NCBI GenBank assembly: GCA_951406725.2
Contig: OX597815.1
Coordinates: forward strand, 3,534,001-3,598,000
DNA length: 64,000 nt
Reading direction: 5' to 3'
Origin: Octopus vulgaris
Lineage: Eukaryota
Made by a program: the position numbers and the translations under genes. The notes beneath the pieces are model-generated. The model saw only the letters and a program-made list of their open reading frames with translations. It ran no database searches and had not been told where the DNA came from. Positions within the stretch are counted from its first letter, which is position 1; each line of letters starts with the position of its first letter. Below are positions 40,326-55,075 of this stretch, one piece after another.

Positions 40326-40858
40326 ATATGATAGTATGTATGTATGTACGAATATATATGTCGGTAGATAGAGTTCAAATCCAAGCGGTGTCCTCATGAG
40401 ACCCGTTTGCTTATTTCAGCATTTCAAATCCGTGTGTAAATCGTATATTTTGTGAGGTACGCATAAGAGTTGAAAATACTAGAAAATATTTTCCGCAGTG
40501 TAATCGAATATCAGACCAAGAGACTGGAAAGACATGTTTGGTATTATTCATTCATCGTTACACGTGTTCCAGCTCGAATATTACTCGTATATTACTGCCA
40601 CGTTTCCTGATGGAATTCTTTTCTGTAGAGAAAGGGGCTTCATCCTATATTTGTTAGTAGTAAACCCATTACTGCTTGCTTACAGGGGTCTGGTAACCAT
40701 TACAATATGTAGCGGCGAAAAGTCAACAGGTTGTTTCTGAGACTGACCAAGGGATTTTTATTTTTAGATATAAATGATGTACTTAAATGTAGTTATGTTT
40801 TTAGCTTCTGCTTTTTCCATAATGGCATGTGAGTATTTTATTTATATTCCCTCGTAAG

Positions 40859-40919
40859 CTCTACTGACGAAGAATGTATCCTTTATAGAGATTAATTCCG
40901 AAATTGATTCAATATAGAG
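40859..40919 (+). ncRNA. Type I hammerhead motif
   Basis: CUCUA-CUGACGA-a-GAAU..AUUC-c-GAAA-UUGA-u-UCAA-UA-UAGAG. Confidence 0.75.
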
Positions 40920-41049
40920 ATAACGAAATTTAAATTTTCTAAAGGTTAGTTGCCCAATTTTGAGTTCAATTTTTCCTGTAGCAAGTGGATTATAAGTGGA
41001 TAACCAGTATATTGGCTTCAGAAATATCTTCTTTATCCCTTTATTATAA

Positions 41050-41113
<64 letters not shown>

Positions 41114-41140
41114 CATACATACATACATATACATACATAC

Positions 41141-41171
<31 letters not shown>

Positions 41172-41536
41172 TGTATGTATGTATGTATGTATGTATGTAT
41201 GTATGTGTGTGTGTGTGTATGTATGCATGCATGTATATATGTATATATACATATATATATTCATATATATATATATATATAAGCTAGTTCTAAAATCTCT
41301 CTAAGAGATGATCGCAGGAGTTGTACTAGCAAGTAATGTTCGTAGCGACTCCAGCATGGCCGTTCCGTCGAACGGACTTTACTGCGATTTTTTTAACCCC
41401 AAGCGGACATCGCTTCCAGCTCGTCAACGATGCACAGATGTATGTCGCTTGAATCTCTCTCTCTCTCCTTCTCTCTCTCTCCTTCTCTCTCTCTCCTTCT
41501 CTCTCTCTCCTTCTCTCTCTCTCCTTCTCTCTCTCT

Positions 41537-41682
<146 letters not shown>

Positions 41683-42756
41683 CGAGCAGAAGCGTGCAAC
41701 TGCTATTTCTAGCAGACGAGGTGTCTAGTGATGGAAGAGACGCAGAAATAGCCTGAAACCAGACTGGTATGCTCGTCCCATCGCCAGGTTAAGGCAATCG
41801 ACCCGAGGTGGAAAATAACGGCGCAATTAATATACAAATGGAAGCGCATTGTGACTTGCGGGGTATAACAGCATTTAATGGTCTGCTTGATGCCATAGAT
41901 GCTGTGGTGTATATATCTGACATCTTATCGTTCTGTTGAACACCATTAGCTGATCCTTGTCGGGAGTGCTTTGGTGGAGTTTATCTTGTTATATCCAAAC
42001 CAAACCCTACAGCTTCTTTCTCATGTCTTTCACACAAGCACTGACCAGTAAAAAGTTCGAGCTGGACATTAGCCGCATCAATCTGTCTGATATGTGAGAG
42101 GGTCAACAGTCACAAACACTGCCCTTTCATTTTCCCCCTCATTTTTCTGGTTCTCCTCCTCCCTTTTTCATTAACAAAACAAAAAGATCGGCGATTAAAA
42201 CTGTTTGGTAAAAATTAAAATAACTTCAAAGAAAATAATCCAAGCAGTTGTCTTTGAGTTTTATTCTTTGGACTAAAAAAAAAAAGAAGGATAGAGCAGA
42301 TAAACCTTGCAAACACTCTTGGATGGGCGAAATACAAGTGACTGATTTTTTTAGGTTTTATGCAATTTGAAGATTAGAAGGAAAAGGAGAGCCGAGAAAA
42401 CGTCCAATTATTTAGTAGGGATCAGACTAAGGTACATCTTTTGGAGGTGAGTTTGTATGTATGAATGAATGAGTGTGTATGAATGTGTGTGTAAATTACA
42501 AAATACAAAGTTATATCTTGAGATCGCTAGTGACAACAACACTCAAAATATATAACAGACTGGAATTGTAGTGTTCCAAATGAGCTATATTTTTGTAATT
42601 TTGTATATTTATCTTTTCTCTATTTTTCTCTGGAATTTTTAATACGTCATTTTTGTGTTATTATCCCAAATTTTTAATTTAACAAATTTTTACCAAATGT
42701 TTTATGAGTTTAAGCGTAAATTCAATGTGTTATTTATGCAACATTGATTCTCTTAT

Positions 42757-42946
42757 ACTCTTTTACTCTTTTACTTGTTTCAGTCATTTGACTGCGGCCA
42801 TGCTGGAGCACCGCCTTTAGTCGAGCAAATCGACCCTGGGACTTATTCTTTGTAAGCCCAGTACTTATTCTATCGGTCTCTTTTTGCCGAACTGCTAAGC
42901 ATCGCTTGTCAAGCAATGCTAGGGGGACAAACACAGACACACAAAT

Positions 42947-43021
<75 letters not shown>

Positions 43022-43187
43022 TACGACAGGCTTCTTTCAGTTTCCGTCTACCAAATCCACTCAAAAGGCTTCGGTCGGCCCGAGGCTATAGTAGAAGACA
43101 GTTGCCCAAGGTGCCACGCAGTGGGACTGAATCCGGAACCATGTGGTTGATAAACAAGCTACTTACCACACATCCACTCCTGCGCAT
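42757..43187 (-). mobile_element. SINE family A
   Basis: Reverse-complement match. Confidence 0.9.
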
Positions 43188-43786
43188 ATGATGTTTATAT
43201 ATTTATATATTATTATATTGTATTTTTAAACGTCGGACTTTATGTCTGTTCTGTAGATATAAATGAAAATATGAATATATGTATGTGTTTGATCTTTCTG
43301 TGGATCTTATAATGTTCCTTTAGTTGCTGCTCACGTTGCCTCCCCTCGGATTAATAACTTAATGTGTGTGTATAAATATGTGCGTGTGTACAGATGTAGT
43401 TGCTAGTATGTGTGCACGTGTGAGCGTGTGTATGTGTGTGTGTGTTAAAAACGAAACACATAACCATCGTTTCGAGCAGTTGTCCTGATGGATACGTGCG
43501 ATCGTCAGTAGCTGCTGCAAAACAGAAACACATGCAACAATGGAAATGATGCAGCGATTATCAGTGATATATCGTGTCATATATGAGATCGATAATCAAC
43601 GCCTTTGAATTATTATTGAACTGCAACAAACACTCAAACATGTCCAAAGCTGTCTCCGCTTAGAGAAAGATCAGTTCTTGACATGAGAAGGTTTCTTACT
43701 CTGCAATCTGGATAGCATCAATTGCACTGTCGTATATTGATATCCATAAATACACACACACACAAACGTACGCGTGCACACACACA

Positions 43787-43844
<58 letters not shown>

Positions 43845-44084
43845 CATATGCTCGACAACCGTTGACATAGTGGCACGGCAATAGATATCGATAAAATAAG
43901 TACCAGTGTTTAACAAAAGTAAAAAGGGTCGATTGCTTCGACTAAAAATTCTTCAAGACGGTGCCCCAACATGGCCGCAGTCTAAAGAGTGAAACAAGTA
44001 AAAGATATAATACTTACAGCATAGAAAACGGACGTTAAGTGATGATGATGATGATGAGGATGGTGATAAGTATCTCCCTCTCTG

Positions 44085-44183
<99 letters not shown>

Positions 44184-44443
44184 GTTATTCTTCTATTCTT
44201 TAACTTGTTTCAGTTATTTGAATGTGGCCATGCTGGAGCACCGCCTTTAGTCGAACAAATTGATCCCAGACTTATTCTTTGTAAGCCTAGTACTTATTCC
44301 ATCGGTCTGTTTTGCCGAACCGCTAAGTTACGGAATCGTAAACACACCAACATCGGTTATCAAGCGATGATGGGGAGGACAAACATAGACACACAAACAC
44401 ACACACACGCACACACATGTACATACACACATGTGCAAACACA

Positions 44444-44499
<56 letters not shown>

Positions 44500-44755
44500 A
44501 GTATATACATATATATGTATATATATGTATATATACATACAGATATATATATATATATATATATATATACTTTATAAAAATATATAATCTCAGATAAACC
44601 TACCAAACGGCCATCTTGTGCTCTGAACGATTTCCCCAGTTATTGTTTTTGTTGTTGTTTTTATTTGTTTATGTTTGTCTTTTGTTTATATCTTACCTGA
44701 GATAACAGACGAGATAACTCTCAAATCTTACAGACCCAAGAGAAGTTCCAAGGAG

Positions 44756-44794
<39 letters not shown>

Positions 44795-45096
44795 ATGAGA
44801 GAGAGAGAGAGAGAGAGAGAGAAAGTGATGTTTACTCGTCGTTGTCAATCTTAACGCACGTTACTAGGTGTTCGCTTAGTTACAAGACTCGTCCCGTTTC
44901 CTAGACAACAGTGTCCTGTCTCACAACCCTCATCCCCCGCCTCTACCGTTTCATGTCACTCTAATAACGTACGAAACGCACCGACGATTCAATGAAAAAA
45001 CGAACTACGATATTTGGGTCTTACGTGTATTATTGTTAGAGATACACATTAATTTTATTGTTGCTGTTGTTGTTGTTATTATTATTATTTTTATTA

Positions 45097-45218
<122 letters not shown>

Positions 45219-45697
45219 GAGTGAGAGAGCCGTACATGACATCAAAGTGACACTGGGGTAAAATATACGAAGCCCAGTATACCCATCAGGACTACCCATC
45301 TGATAAGGGTACACCAGGCACATGCATCACAACCATATGTGCGCAACATAGTGATCTCATATCAAGATAAACAGCACATGACCTTGCAGGTGGGGCCCAG
45401 TTAGAATTTTCTTCTGGTCGAGCAACCCATCCTACTCGAAAGGTCCCTGAATAAGGGTTGTTTAAGGATGATGAACGAAACACCCATGTTTCCAGAGGTG
45501 AATTATTCAAACCCCAAAGAATCCCTCTCAACACATGGCTATGATGCTACCCCACTACTTCTGCTCATGATCAGAGATGCACATATCATCAGCCACCAAG
45601 GGACATGCTCAACTGGTTAAGGTGAAACAACTGACAAGCAAATCTGTGATATGGAGCAGAATATTTGCTGTAGCCCATCTTTTATACCAAGACAAAA

Positions 45698-45699
<2 letters not shown>
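45219..45699 (-). mobile_element. Family D element in (TAA)n
   Basis: Matches 24461-25005. Confidence 0.85.
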
Positions 45700-45766
<67 letters not shown>

Positions 45767-45799
45767 CATTATTATTATTATTAATGTCTTTTTATTCTC

Positions 45800-46005
45800 T
45801 ACTCTAGGCACATGGCCCGTATCTTGTGGGGACGGAGCCAGTCGATTAGATCGATCCCAGTATGCAAGTGGTACTTAATTTATCGACCCTGAAAGGATGA
45901 AAGGCAAAGTCGACCTCGGCGGAATTTGAACTCAGAACGTAAAGATAGACGAAATACCGCTCAGCATTTTGCCCGGTATGCTAACGATTCTGCCAGCTCA
46001 CCGCC
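45800..46005 (-). mobile_element. SINE family B-related
   Basis: Contains GAAAGGATGAAAGGCAAAGTCGACCTCGGCGG. Confidence 0.85.
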
Positions 46006-46008
46006 TTT

Positions 46009-46117
<109 letters not shown>

Positions 46118-46520
46118 TAACAACAACAACAACAAGTTGAAGAGGAAGTTGAGGATGGAGGGGCAAGTGTTGCGTTCAAGCAGGATTGTTGACAGGGGGG
46201 TGAATGCTGGAAGAATGGCCAGTGTCAAAGAACCAATTCTGAGCGTGCACCCGTAAAAAAGAAAATTAAAGGAGTAGGTTTCTTGCTATGTTGATGAGGT
46301 ACCCGTGGCTTTTGTGGGGTTTTCAACGAGGACCTTAAAGCGCCTTCCCCTATTAAAAGTTTTATTTTAAATTTTCATTGTTTTTTTTTTATATAATGCC
46401 TGCTCGATTCGAAAACCCGTTGTATCATCTTCTGCTGTCGTTTAGGTCTGTGTCAAGTCACTTCATGCTGTTTTATGCAAGCCCTTGCGGCTAATAAAAG
46501 AAATACTAATAATAATAATA

Positions 46521-46564
<44 letters not shown>

Positions 46565-46664
46565 CATTATTATTATTTTTTTTGTTATTGTTATTATTAT
46601 TATCATTATTATTGTTATTGTTGTTGTAGTTGGTGTTATCATTATTATTATTATTATTATTATT

Positions 46665-47218
46665 GAGTGAGATAGCAGTTCATGCCATCAAAGTGACACT
46701 GGGGTAAAATATACGAAGCCCAATATACCCATCATTACTACCCGTCTGATAAAGGTACACCAGGCACATGCATCACAACCATATGTGCGCGACATGGTGA
46801 TCTCATATCAAGATAAACAGCACATGACCTTGCAGGTGGGGCCCAGTTAGAATTTTCTTCAGGTTGAGTAGCCCATCCCGCTCAAACGGTCCCTGAATAA
46901 GGGTTATTTAAGGATGTTGAAAGAACCACCCATGTTTCCAGAGGTGAACTATTCAAACCCCAAAGAATCCCTCTCGACACATGGCTATGACGCTCCCCCA
47001 CTACTTCTGCTCGTGATCAGAGATGCACATATCGTCAGCCACTAAGGGACATGCTCAACTGGTTAAGGTCAAACAACTGACAAGCAAATCTGTGGTATTG
47101 AGCAGAATATTTGCTGTAGCCCATCTTTTATACCAAGACAAAACAAAGTACATGATAACACTTCCAATCAGCTAAGATCAGAAGCCATGAGAGCCACTGC
47201 CTGGTACTGCATCAATGC

Positions 47219-47219
<1 letters not shown>
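46665..47219 (-). mobile_element. Family D element in (TAA)n
   Basis: Matches 24461-25005. Confidence 0.85.
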
Positions 47220-47261
<42 letters not shown>

Positions 47262-47277
47262 GTTATTGTTATTATTA

Positions 47278-47354
<77 letters not shown>

Positions 47355-47497
47355 GTTATTGTTATTGTTATTATTATCATTATTATTGTTATTGTTGTTG
47401 TAGTTGGTGTTATTATTGTTATTATTATCATTATTATTATTATTGTTATTGTTATTGTTATTATTATCATTATTATTGTTATTGTTGTTGTAGTTGG

Positions 47498-47530
<33 letters not shown>

Positions 47531-48213
47531 CTTTATTATTATTACGCTAGCGCATGCTTATTTAGTTAGCAGGTCTCAATACTTTGTCCCGTATCGTCCT
47601 TCATATATTTTCTTAATGTAAACATTCTGCGCTCAATAAATAAATCATCATCATCGTCATCATCAGCATCATCATCAGCAGCATCGTCATGGTCATTATT
47701 ATTGTTGTTGCTGCTGCTGTTGTTGTAGTTGTTGTTACTTTCGGTATTAATCAATTTTGTCTTTAAATCGAAGCACATTCATCACTCGTAAATACAATTG
47801 TTCAAAGGTAGCGGTGTGACACACAGACAGACGGACAGACAGGACGGACAGACGGACGGACGGACGGACGGACGGACATGTAATGTGAGCAGATATACAG
47901 AGAGATAAGGTACGAGATGAGAAGGAGAAAATATCAGGCAAGCAGGAAAAGAAGGTGGAGAGCGGGGAAAAGGTGAGAGAGAAAGGAGGAGGAAAGAAGA
48001 TAGGTAGCGAGGAAGAGAGATAAAAAGAGAGGGAGAGATATAAAGAGACATTATCAGGGGGAGAGGAGGAGTGGGGGGAGCTATGGTAACTGGGTTTTGA
48101 GGTTTTGTGTTTTTAGGTCCGATATGCATCTGTCATTCAAGCTGTCTTATCTTTCAAGTCACATACGTACACACACAGACACACACACACATACACATAC
48201 AGTCGTGCACGCT

Positions 48214-48276
<63 letters not shown>

Positions 48277-48344
48277 ATATATATGTATATATATGTATAT
48301 ATGTATATATACATATGCATATATATATATATATATATATATAT

Positions 48345-48397
<53 letters not shown>

Positions 48398-48621
48398 TAT
48401 GTATGTATGTATGTATATACATAAACGTTTATCAATTCGTTTTGCAAGATTCCTGATGTGAAATCGTGTCTTGAAACAGATATTGTTGTATTTCAGGATG
48501 GTCGTTTGTTGCCAAATAAACACATGCACTATATATATATTATTTCTTCACTCGTTTATTACTGTTCATATGTTATTATTTTTAACTCATGTCCATGGTC
48601 CGCACTTATAGATACATACAC

Positions 48622-48675
<54 letters not shown>

Positions 48676-48680
48676 CTAGC

Positions 48681-48769
<89 letters not shown>

Positions 48770-48856
48770 TGGTAGGTAGATAGATTGGTAGGTAGGTAAG
48801 TAGGTAGGTAGGTAGGTAGGTAGGTAGGTAGATGGATAGATAGATAGATAGATAAG

Positions 48857-49068
48857 GTTAATCAAAACATGAAAACATAAAGAGAAAACAACAATGCGAG
48901 GACGTGGAACAAGCATAGTGTTATTGGACGCTCAGGAAAGGAAAGAAAGAAGGAGGATTTAACGTTTTGAGCGGAGCTCTTCGTCAGAAACATAGGAAGA
49001 GGAAATATCCAAGGAAGGGAAGACGGATGAAAAAAATTGCCAACAGTACACACGCGGTCATATTTTGA
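48857..49068 (-). mobile_element. Family H1 element with a probably dead HHR (GAAA changed to AAAA) at 48957-48991
   Basis: GUUU-CUGACGA-A-GAGC-ucc-GCUC-AAAA-CG-UU-AAAU. Confidence 0.7.
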
Positions 49069-50337
49069 TATGTATGTATGTATGTATAGAAATACATGAA
49101 CACATAAATATCTAGAAATGCTAGAAGTTTCTAAGAAAGTGCAAAAGAAACTAACACGCATCGTTCAAATCCAATCTATCAGTGGCACAGTAAAAATGTG
49201 TAAGACATTGCCAAGATTCTACATCAGAGACTCTTTTAATTTGTTTGTATGCATCTACAAGGACACACACACACGAACACACACACAAATTTATGTATGT
49301 TTTATCTATTTTACTTATTTCAATCACTGGACGGCGGCCATACTGGAGCACTGGCATAAAGACTTTCTTGTTCAAAAAAATCGATCCCATACTTAACATT
49401 TTTAAGACTGATTTTCCTCAAGCAGGCCTGTCCTGGGGCTAAACACCTGTTTAAGAAATATATATTAATAAAAATAGAAAAAAGTCTGTTGTAGCTATTG
49501 TTCTTGTGGTTAGCTGCTATTTAGCCCTAGGTTGGTAATAATCAAAGAGACCTCTATGGCTATCCCATTTTCAGTCATATCTTGGAGCGTATCATTACAA
49601 AGAAATTTTTTCGTACCTCTGTAGAGTTATATTGGTGCCAAATTTTGGCCCAAGGCCAGCAACTCGGGGGAAGGGGTAAACCAATTACATCGACCCCAGT
49701 GTTCAACTGGTACTTATTTTATCGACCCCTGAAAGACAAAGTCGGCTTCGACAGAATTTGAACTCCGAACGTCAAGACGGACGAAATGCCATTAAGACTT
49801 TTTCCCGGCATGCTAAAGTTTCTATTTGCTCGCCGCATTTCTGTAGGAATATATTATTTAAAATATTCTCATCGAAGAGGTTAAGTTGCAAAGTGAGGAG
49901 AGATTTGGTTGCTATTTCTAACAGAGGCGATGATAACCATATTATAGTGGTTCCCTCTGGCGTCAATGAACTTGCTTACAATCTGAAGTTAAAACAACAC
50001 CAACATGGCGACTCTTTGCTGCAGCGCGTCGCTTCACTGCACACTCATTCTAAAAATCACATGCAAAATGTCACGGTTATTAGCGTTGCCAATATGTCAG
50101 ATATTTCTTGCAATTCTTCCATTTGTCTAATTGCAACACCCCCCACCGCCACCACCCTACGCCCCCGCCACCTTAGACACATACACCAACAAACAAACAA
50201 AAAACACAGACAACCATACAATAAAATATAACGCTTTAATTTGTTCATTGAACGTCTAAAGATTACCAGAAACTTCACAGAACTAACAAATGCCAGCAGA
50301 CCACTCCTGACGATTGAGGCTTCTGTTTGCTGCTGTT

Positions 50338-50368
<31 letters not shown>

Positions 50369-50586
50369 TTGTTGTTGTTTCTGTTGATTATTTCATTTAT
50401 TTTTATTTTTATAGCTCGTTTTTGTTCTTTTTGTTCTACTGATTTTGTTCAAAGAAATATTCTAAAGAATCGCTAAGAATTATCATTTTGCTAACAATGG
50501 CGAGAAAATTGGTTTATCTTGTTATTTTTATTTAAACTTCTTAAAATTATTTATAGAATTATATATAATTATGCGTGTGTATATGG

Positions 50587-50619
<33 letters not shown>

Positions 50620-50924
50620 CACACATACACACACACATGCACACAACACGCACGCACGCACACACGTATGCACGTATGTTCTCTTCTGCTTTCAGTTAGT
50701 TAAATTCTTTCTCTGACAAAGGAACTGGTTTCTACCAAAGTTTCGAAATGTAGATGGCAAAAACAATGTCACATTCTGAGTCAGGCTGAATATCCTTGGT
50801 AACTACGTTAAGGGTACACATGTCTGTAGAGTGCTCAGCCATTTGCACGTTAATTTCACGAGCAGGCTGTTCCCTGGATCGGATCAACGGGAACCCTTGT
50901 CGCCATAACCGACAGAGTGCCAGT

Positions 50925-51440
50925 TATGTATGTATGCATGTATGCATGTATGTATGTATGTATGTATGTATGTATGTATGTATGCATGTATGTATGTATG
51001 TATGTATGTATGTATGTATGTATGTATGTATGTATGTATGTATGTATGTATGTATGTATGTATGTATGTATGTATGTATATGTATGTATGTATGCATGTA
51101 TGTATGTATGTATGCTTGTATGTATGCGTGTGTATGTATGTATGTATGTATGTATGTATGTATGTATGTATGTACGTATGTATGTATGTATGTATGTATG
51201 TATGTATGTATGTATGTATGTATGTATGTATGCATGCATGTATGTATGTATGTGTATGTATGTAGGTATGCATGTATGTATGTATGTATGTATGTATGTA
51301 TGTATGTATGTATGTATGTATGTATGTATGTATGTATGTATGTATGTATGCATATATGTATGTATGTTTGTATGAATGTATGTATGTATGTATGTATGTA
51401 TGTATGTATGTATGTATGTATGTATGTATGTATATGTATA
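50925..51440. repeat. (TATG)n microsatellite
   Basis: Seen directly. Confidence 0.98.
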
Positions 51441-51707
51441 GACAACCTAGCGGCACTAATATATGCGGGGTACGCTGTTGACCTAAGCTGATTTGGACTC
51501 GGGACTTAAAGGTATGGATATCATAAGGAAGTCAAGTGAATGTCTCTTCCATTGATAATCCAATTAACATGAGACAGCGAGCTGGCAGAATCGTTAGCAC
51601 GCCGAGCAAAATGTTTAGCGACATTTCGTCCGTCTTTACGTTCTGGGTTCAAATGCCGTCGATACCAACTTAGCCTTTCATCTTTTCGGGGTCAATAAAA
51701 CGAGCCC

Positions 51708-52100
51708 CATCATCATCATCATTGTTCGACCGTGGTCGAGACAATGGAATTTACTATGCTACCCCAGACTTCACGGTCCATCATAGCATTACGGAGGTCC
51801 TGTTGCTGGATGCCTGTATCCCTGGAGATTACATCAGGGTAGGAGAGTGTGCGCCCTCTGGTATCGCGAGCAGATAGCTTCCAGAGGAGAAGAGTAGAAA
51901 TTACCTCTTTTTCAGCTCTACAACAATGTCCAGCAAACTGGACTCTTCTACCTTTCACAAGAGATGATACAAGTGGTAGTTTCCCATATATTTGTACTTT
52001 GGTTGGATGACGCTTCCACGAGAGATTTTGAGCTCTCATAATGAGGTGAGTGTAAGTTCCATCCAACCGCCTCTCAAGCTTCTTTGATAACATCCAGGTT
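51708..52100 (-). mobile_element. RTE-like LINE 3' fragment with (GAT)n tail
   Basis: LERRLDGTYT..RRVQFAGHCCR..MMDREVW. Confidence 0.85.
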
Positions 52101-52416
52101 TCTGATTTTAAGTTTGAAATCTCTACTTAGATTTGATGTAGAGACGAGCACCAGTTTCGCACCAGTATCGATATAATTGACTTCCTCGTTCCCCGAGACT
52201 GCTGGCCTTGTACCAAAATTTGAAACTAGTAATACAACTAATAATAATAATACAGTAACTGCATAGCAAGAGGACATGGGGATGAAACAATGGAAAATAT
52301 TATATTTGTCGGCTGAGTTATAGTCAAGAAAGACTACACGGATAAACACGACAGAGTTTATAAACACTGGAAGTTATAGAGATATATCACAAAGAAATCT
52401 TCCAAAACTGTCTATA

Positions 52417-53210
52417 GGCGCAGGAGTGGCTGTGTGGTGAGTAGCTTGCTAACCAACCACATTGTTCCGGGTTCAGTCCCACTGCGTGGCATCTGGGGCA
52501 GTGTTTTCTGCTATAGCCCCGGGCCGACCAATGCCTTGTGAGTGGATTTGGTAGACGGAAACTGAAAGAAGCCTGTCGTATATATGTATATATCTCTCTC
52601 TATATAAACGGCAGTTTGTCTGTGTGCGTGTCTGTGTGTCTGTCAGGTTGTACCCTCACCCTGACCACGGCTTTCAACCGATTCTGATGAAACTTGACAC
52701 ACACATAGCCCAATGTCATAATTCAAAACTAACGCAGCGAAAATTTTGAAAAGTTCCCCCAGTTCTGAAAAAAATCGATAAATTCGACATGGGGTCGAGA
52801 ATCAGAAACACAAACCAAAAACTGTCTAGGGGACGCAACTCCACTTTTTTTAACTCTCAAAAAAAAATTTACCATCATTTTTTTCCCATTTTTTTGCTAT
52901 TTTTTGCCTATAACTCTCTAAAAATGCTTTATAGTTATTTCCCTTACAAACCTGAGCAACGCCGGGCGATACCGCTAGTATATATATATATGTGTGTGTT
53001 TGTGTGTCTGTGTTTGTCCCCCTAGCATTGCTTGACAACCGATGCTGGTGTGTTTATGTCCCCGACACTAAGCGCTTCGGCAAAAGAGACCGATAGAATA
53101 AGTACTGGGCTTACAAAGAATAAGTCCCGGGGTCGATTTGCTCGACTAAAGGCGGTGCTCCAGCATGGCCGCAGTCAAATGACTGAAACAAGTAAAAGAG
53201 TAAAAGAGTA
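52417..53210 (+). mobile_element. SINE family A carrying a nested Helentron/DINE-like insert (52592-52979, minus)
   Basis: The SINE halves are separated at the internal (TA) tract. The insert end CCTGAGCAACGCCGGGCGATACCGCTAGT resembles the reverse complement of the 2464 end. Confidence 0.85.
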
Positions 53211-53993
53211 TGCGCTGGGCCAGTCTCGTCTGTCTTGACACTCGACTCTTTAAAGGAGTCATTTCCACCGCACTATTACAGTAAAACACGTACATTGAGC
53301 ATGCGTAGTTGATAATGTCTGCAACAGTAGCTTTGCTTCTAATTCCTTATTGAATTTGCTCTTACATAGAATCGTCCAGCAAATCGTTCTTACACCATAC
53401 GTTTATAGTCATAGGCTGGCGATTCGGTTCGCCGCCGGTTCGATTCAGATTATGCGATGTTAACTAACCACAATATTGGCAAAATATCAAAAGCCATCAC
53501 TCCTGAATGGGATCAGGGGCGAGTTGTCTCACTCATCTATGACTTTCAGGTGTTTTAGCACACCTGAGGGAGTTGGGATCTATTCCGTCTCAATGACAGA
53601 TTTTTTAATGACCTGGAAGTTGTTCCTCTTCGATCACTATAGCAAACAGCATTAGCTTTCTTTAACCGAATACACGTCGTTGATTGGTTGAAATTACCCA
53701 AATACGACAACATTAACACGAAATAACTTCTAAAATAGGAAATTTTGTCAAAAACGTTCAGAGTAAACCGTGTTCAGCGTGAGAAATTCTACCAGTATTC
53801 GAAGTTTCAAACTGTTTAGTTAAAAAAAAAATAATTTAAAAACCTGTGATTGAGGTGGAATAGATCCGGGAGTCGTCCCCAAAGGGTTAAACTGCAATGT
53901 ACCGATGAACAAGGAAATCACATACATCGAGTATGCGTAGTCGATGATATATATATATATATATACTCATATATAAATAAATATATAATATAT

Positions 53994-54048
<55 letters not shown>

Positions 54049-54119
54049 AATATATATAAACACACACATATATATATATATACACACATAAATATATATA
54101 TGCACACATATAAATTTAT

Positions 54120-54238
<119 letters not shown>

Positions 54239-54864
54239 CAATACATATATATACACACATACGTGTGTGTGTGTGTGTGCAGAAAGAAAGACAGAAAGAA
54301 AGGAAGTGTAAGTGACGAGAAATTTTTTAAAAGAAAAGAAAGAGGAAGAAAAAGTTATAACGTTTTCGGACGAAAATAGAATATAAACAAGATAAATTTT
54401 AAAAAAAAGGGAAATATAGAAATAAAACGAAGAAAATGGCGCATAAAATGGAACTGAAAAATTAATGGGATATCGATATGGAAGAGGAGAGAGAGAATCG
54501 AAGCGGAGCAATAGAGGGAAAAAATAGAATGTTATCAACTGGCGAAGGAGTAATTTCAATTTCAATAGAAACGAAAAGTGGAATGTCGGAGAGCGAGAGT
54601 TGAACATAAAAAGTGGTCTCCATTCATAAGAACACGCTATACGTAGATAGTATAATTTAATTTTTTAAAAAAAAGGTTAAAATTATAAATAATGTGGGTT
54701 AGCCATTTTGATTCTCTGTAGTGATGTTTGAAGGGATTTCTTTATCGCAAATCGTGTGTGTGCAGTTAGATATACGACTGAGGTTGTTGGGTTTAGAGTT
54801 CCACGTAGTTTATCATCATTCTCCCTGCTTCCAGTATAATGGTTTGGTCACTACTCTACCTAAT

Positions 54865-55075
54865 AGTTAGTTAGTTAGTTAGTTAATTTTTTGGCTCAAA
54901 AAGCAAAAAGCAAGGCCATGTAGGGGGACATGGAGTTATGTACAGGGTGGTGTTCATGTAAAGAGTTCAGGCCACTTGAGGTCAAGGGAGACTTTGAACC
55001 GAGCGGTCGTCAGCATCTTCACCATCTCGTCTGGCAGCTTATTCCACGGATCCGCAACCCGGACGGAGAAAGCCC
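54865..55075 (-). mobile_element. CR1-like LINE 3' end
   Basis: AFSVRVADPWNKLPDEMV..FKVSLD; (TAAC)n tail. Confidence 0.8.

Noticed and set aside
53896-53930. ATGTA-CCGATGA..GAAA..TACAT
   Set aside because: Helix I pairs, but there is no helix II and no UH in register.
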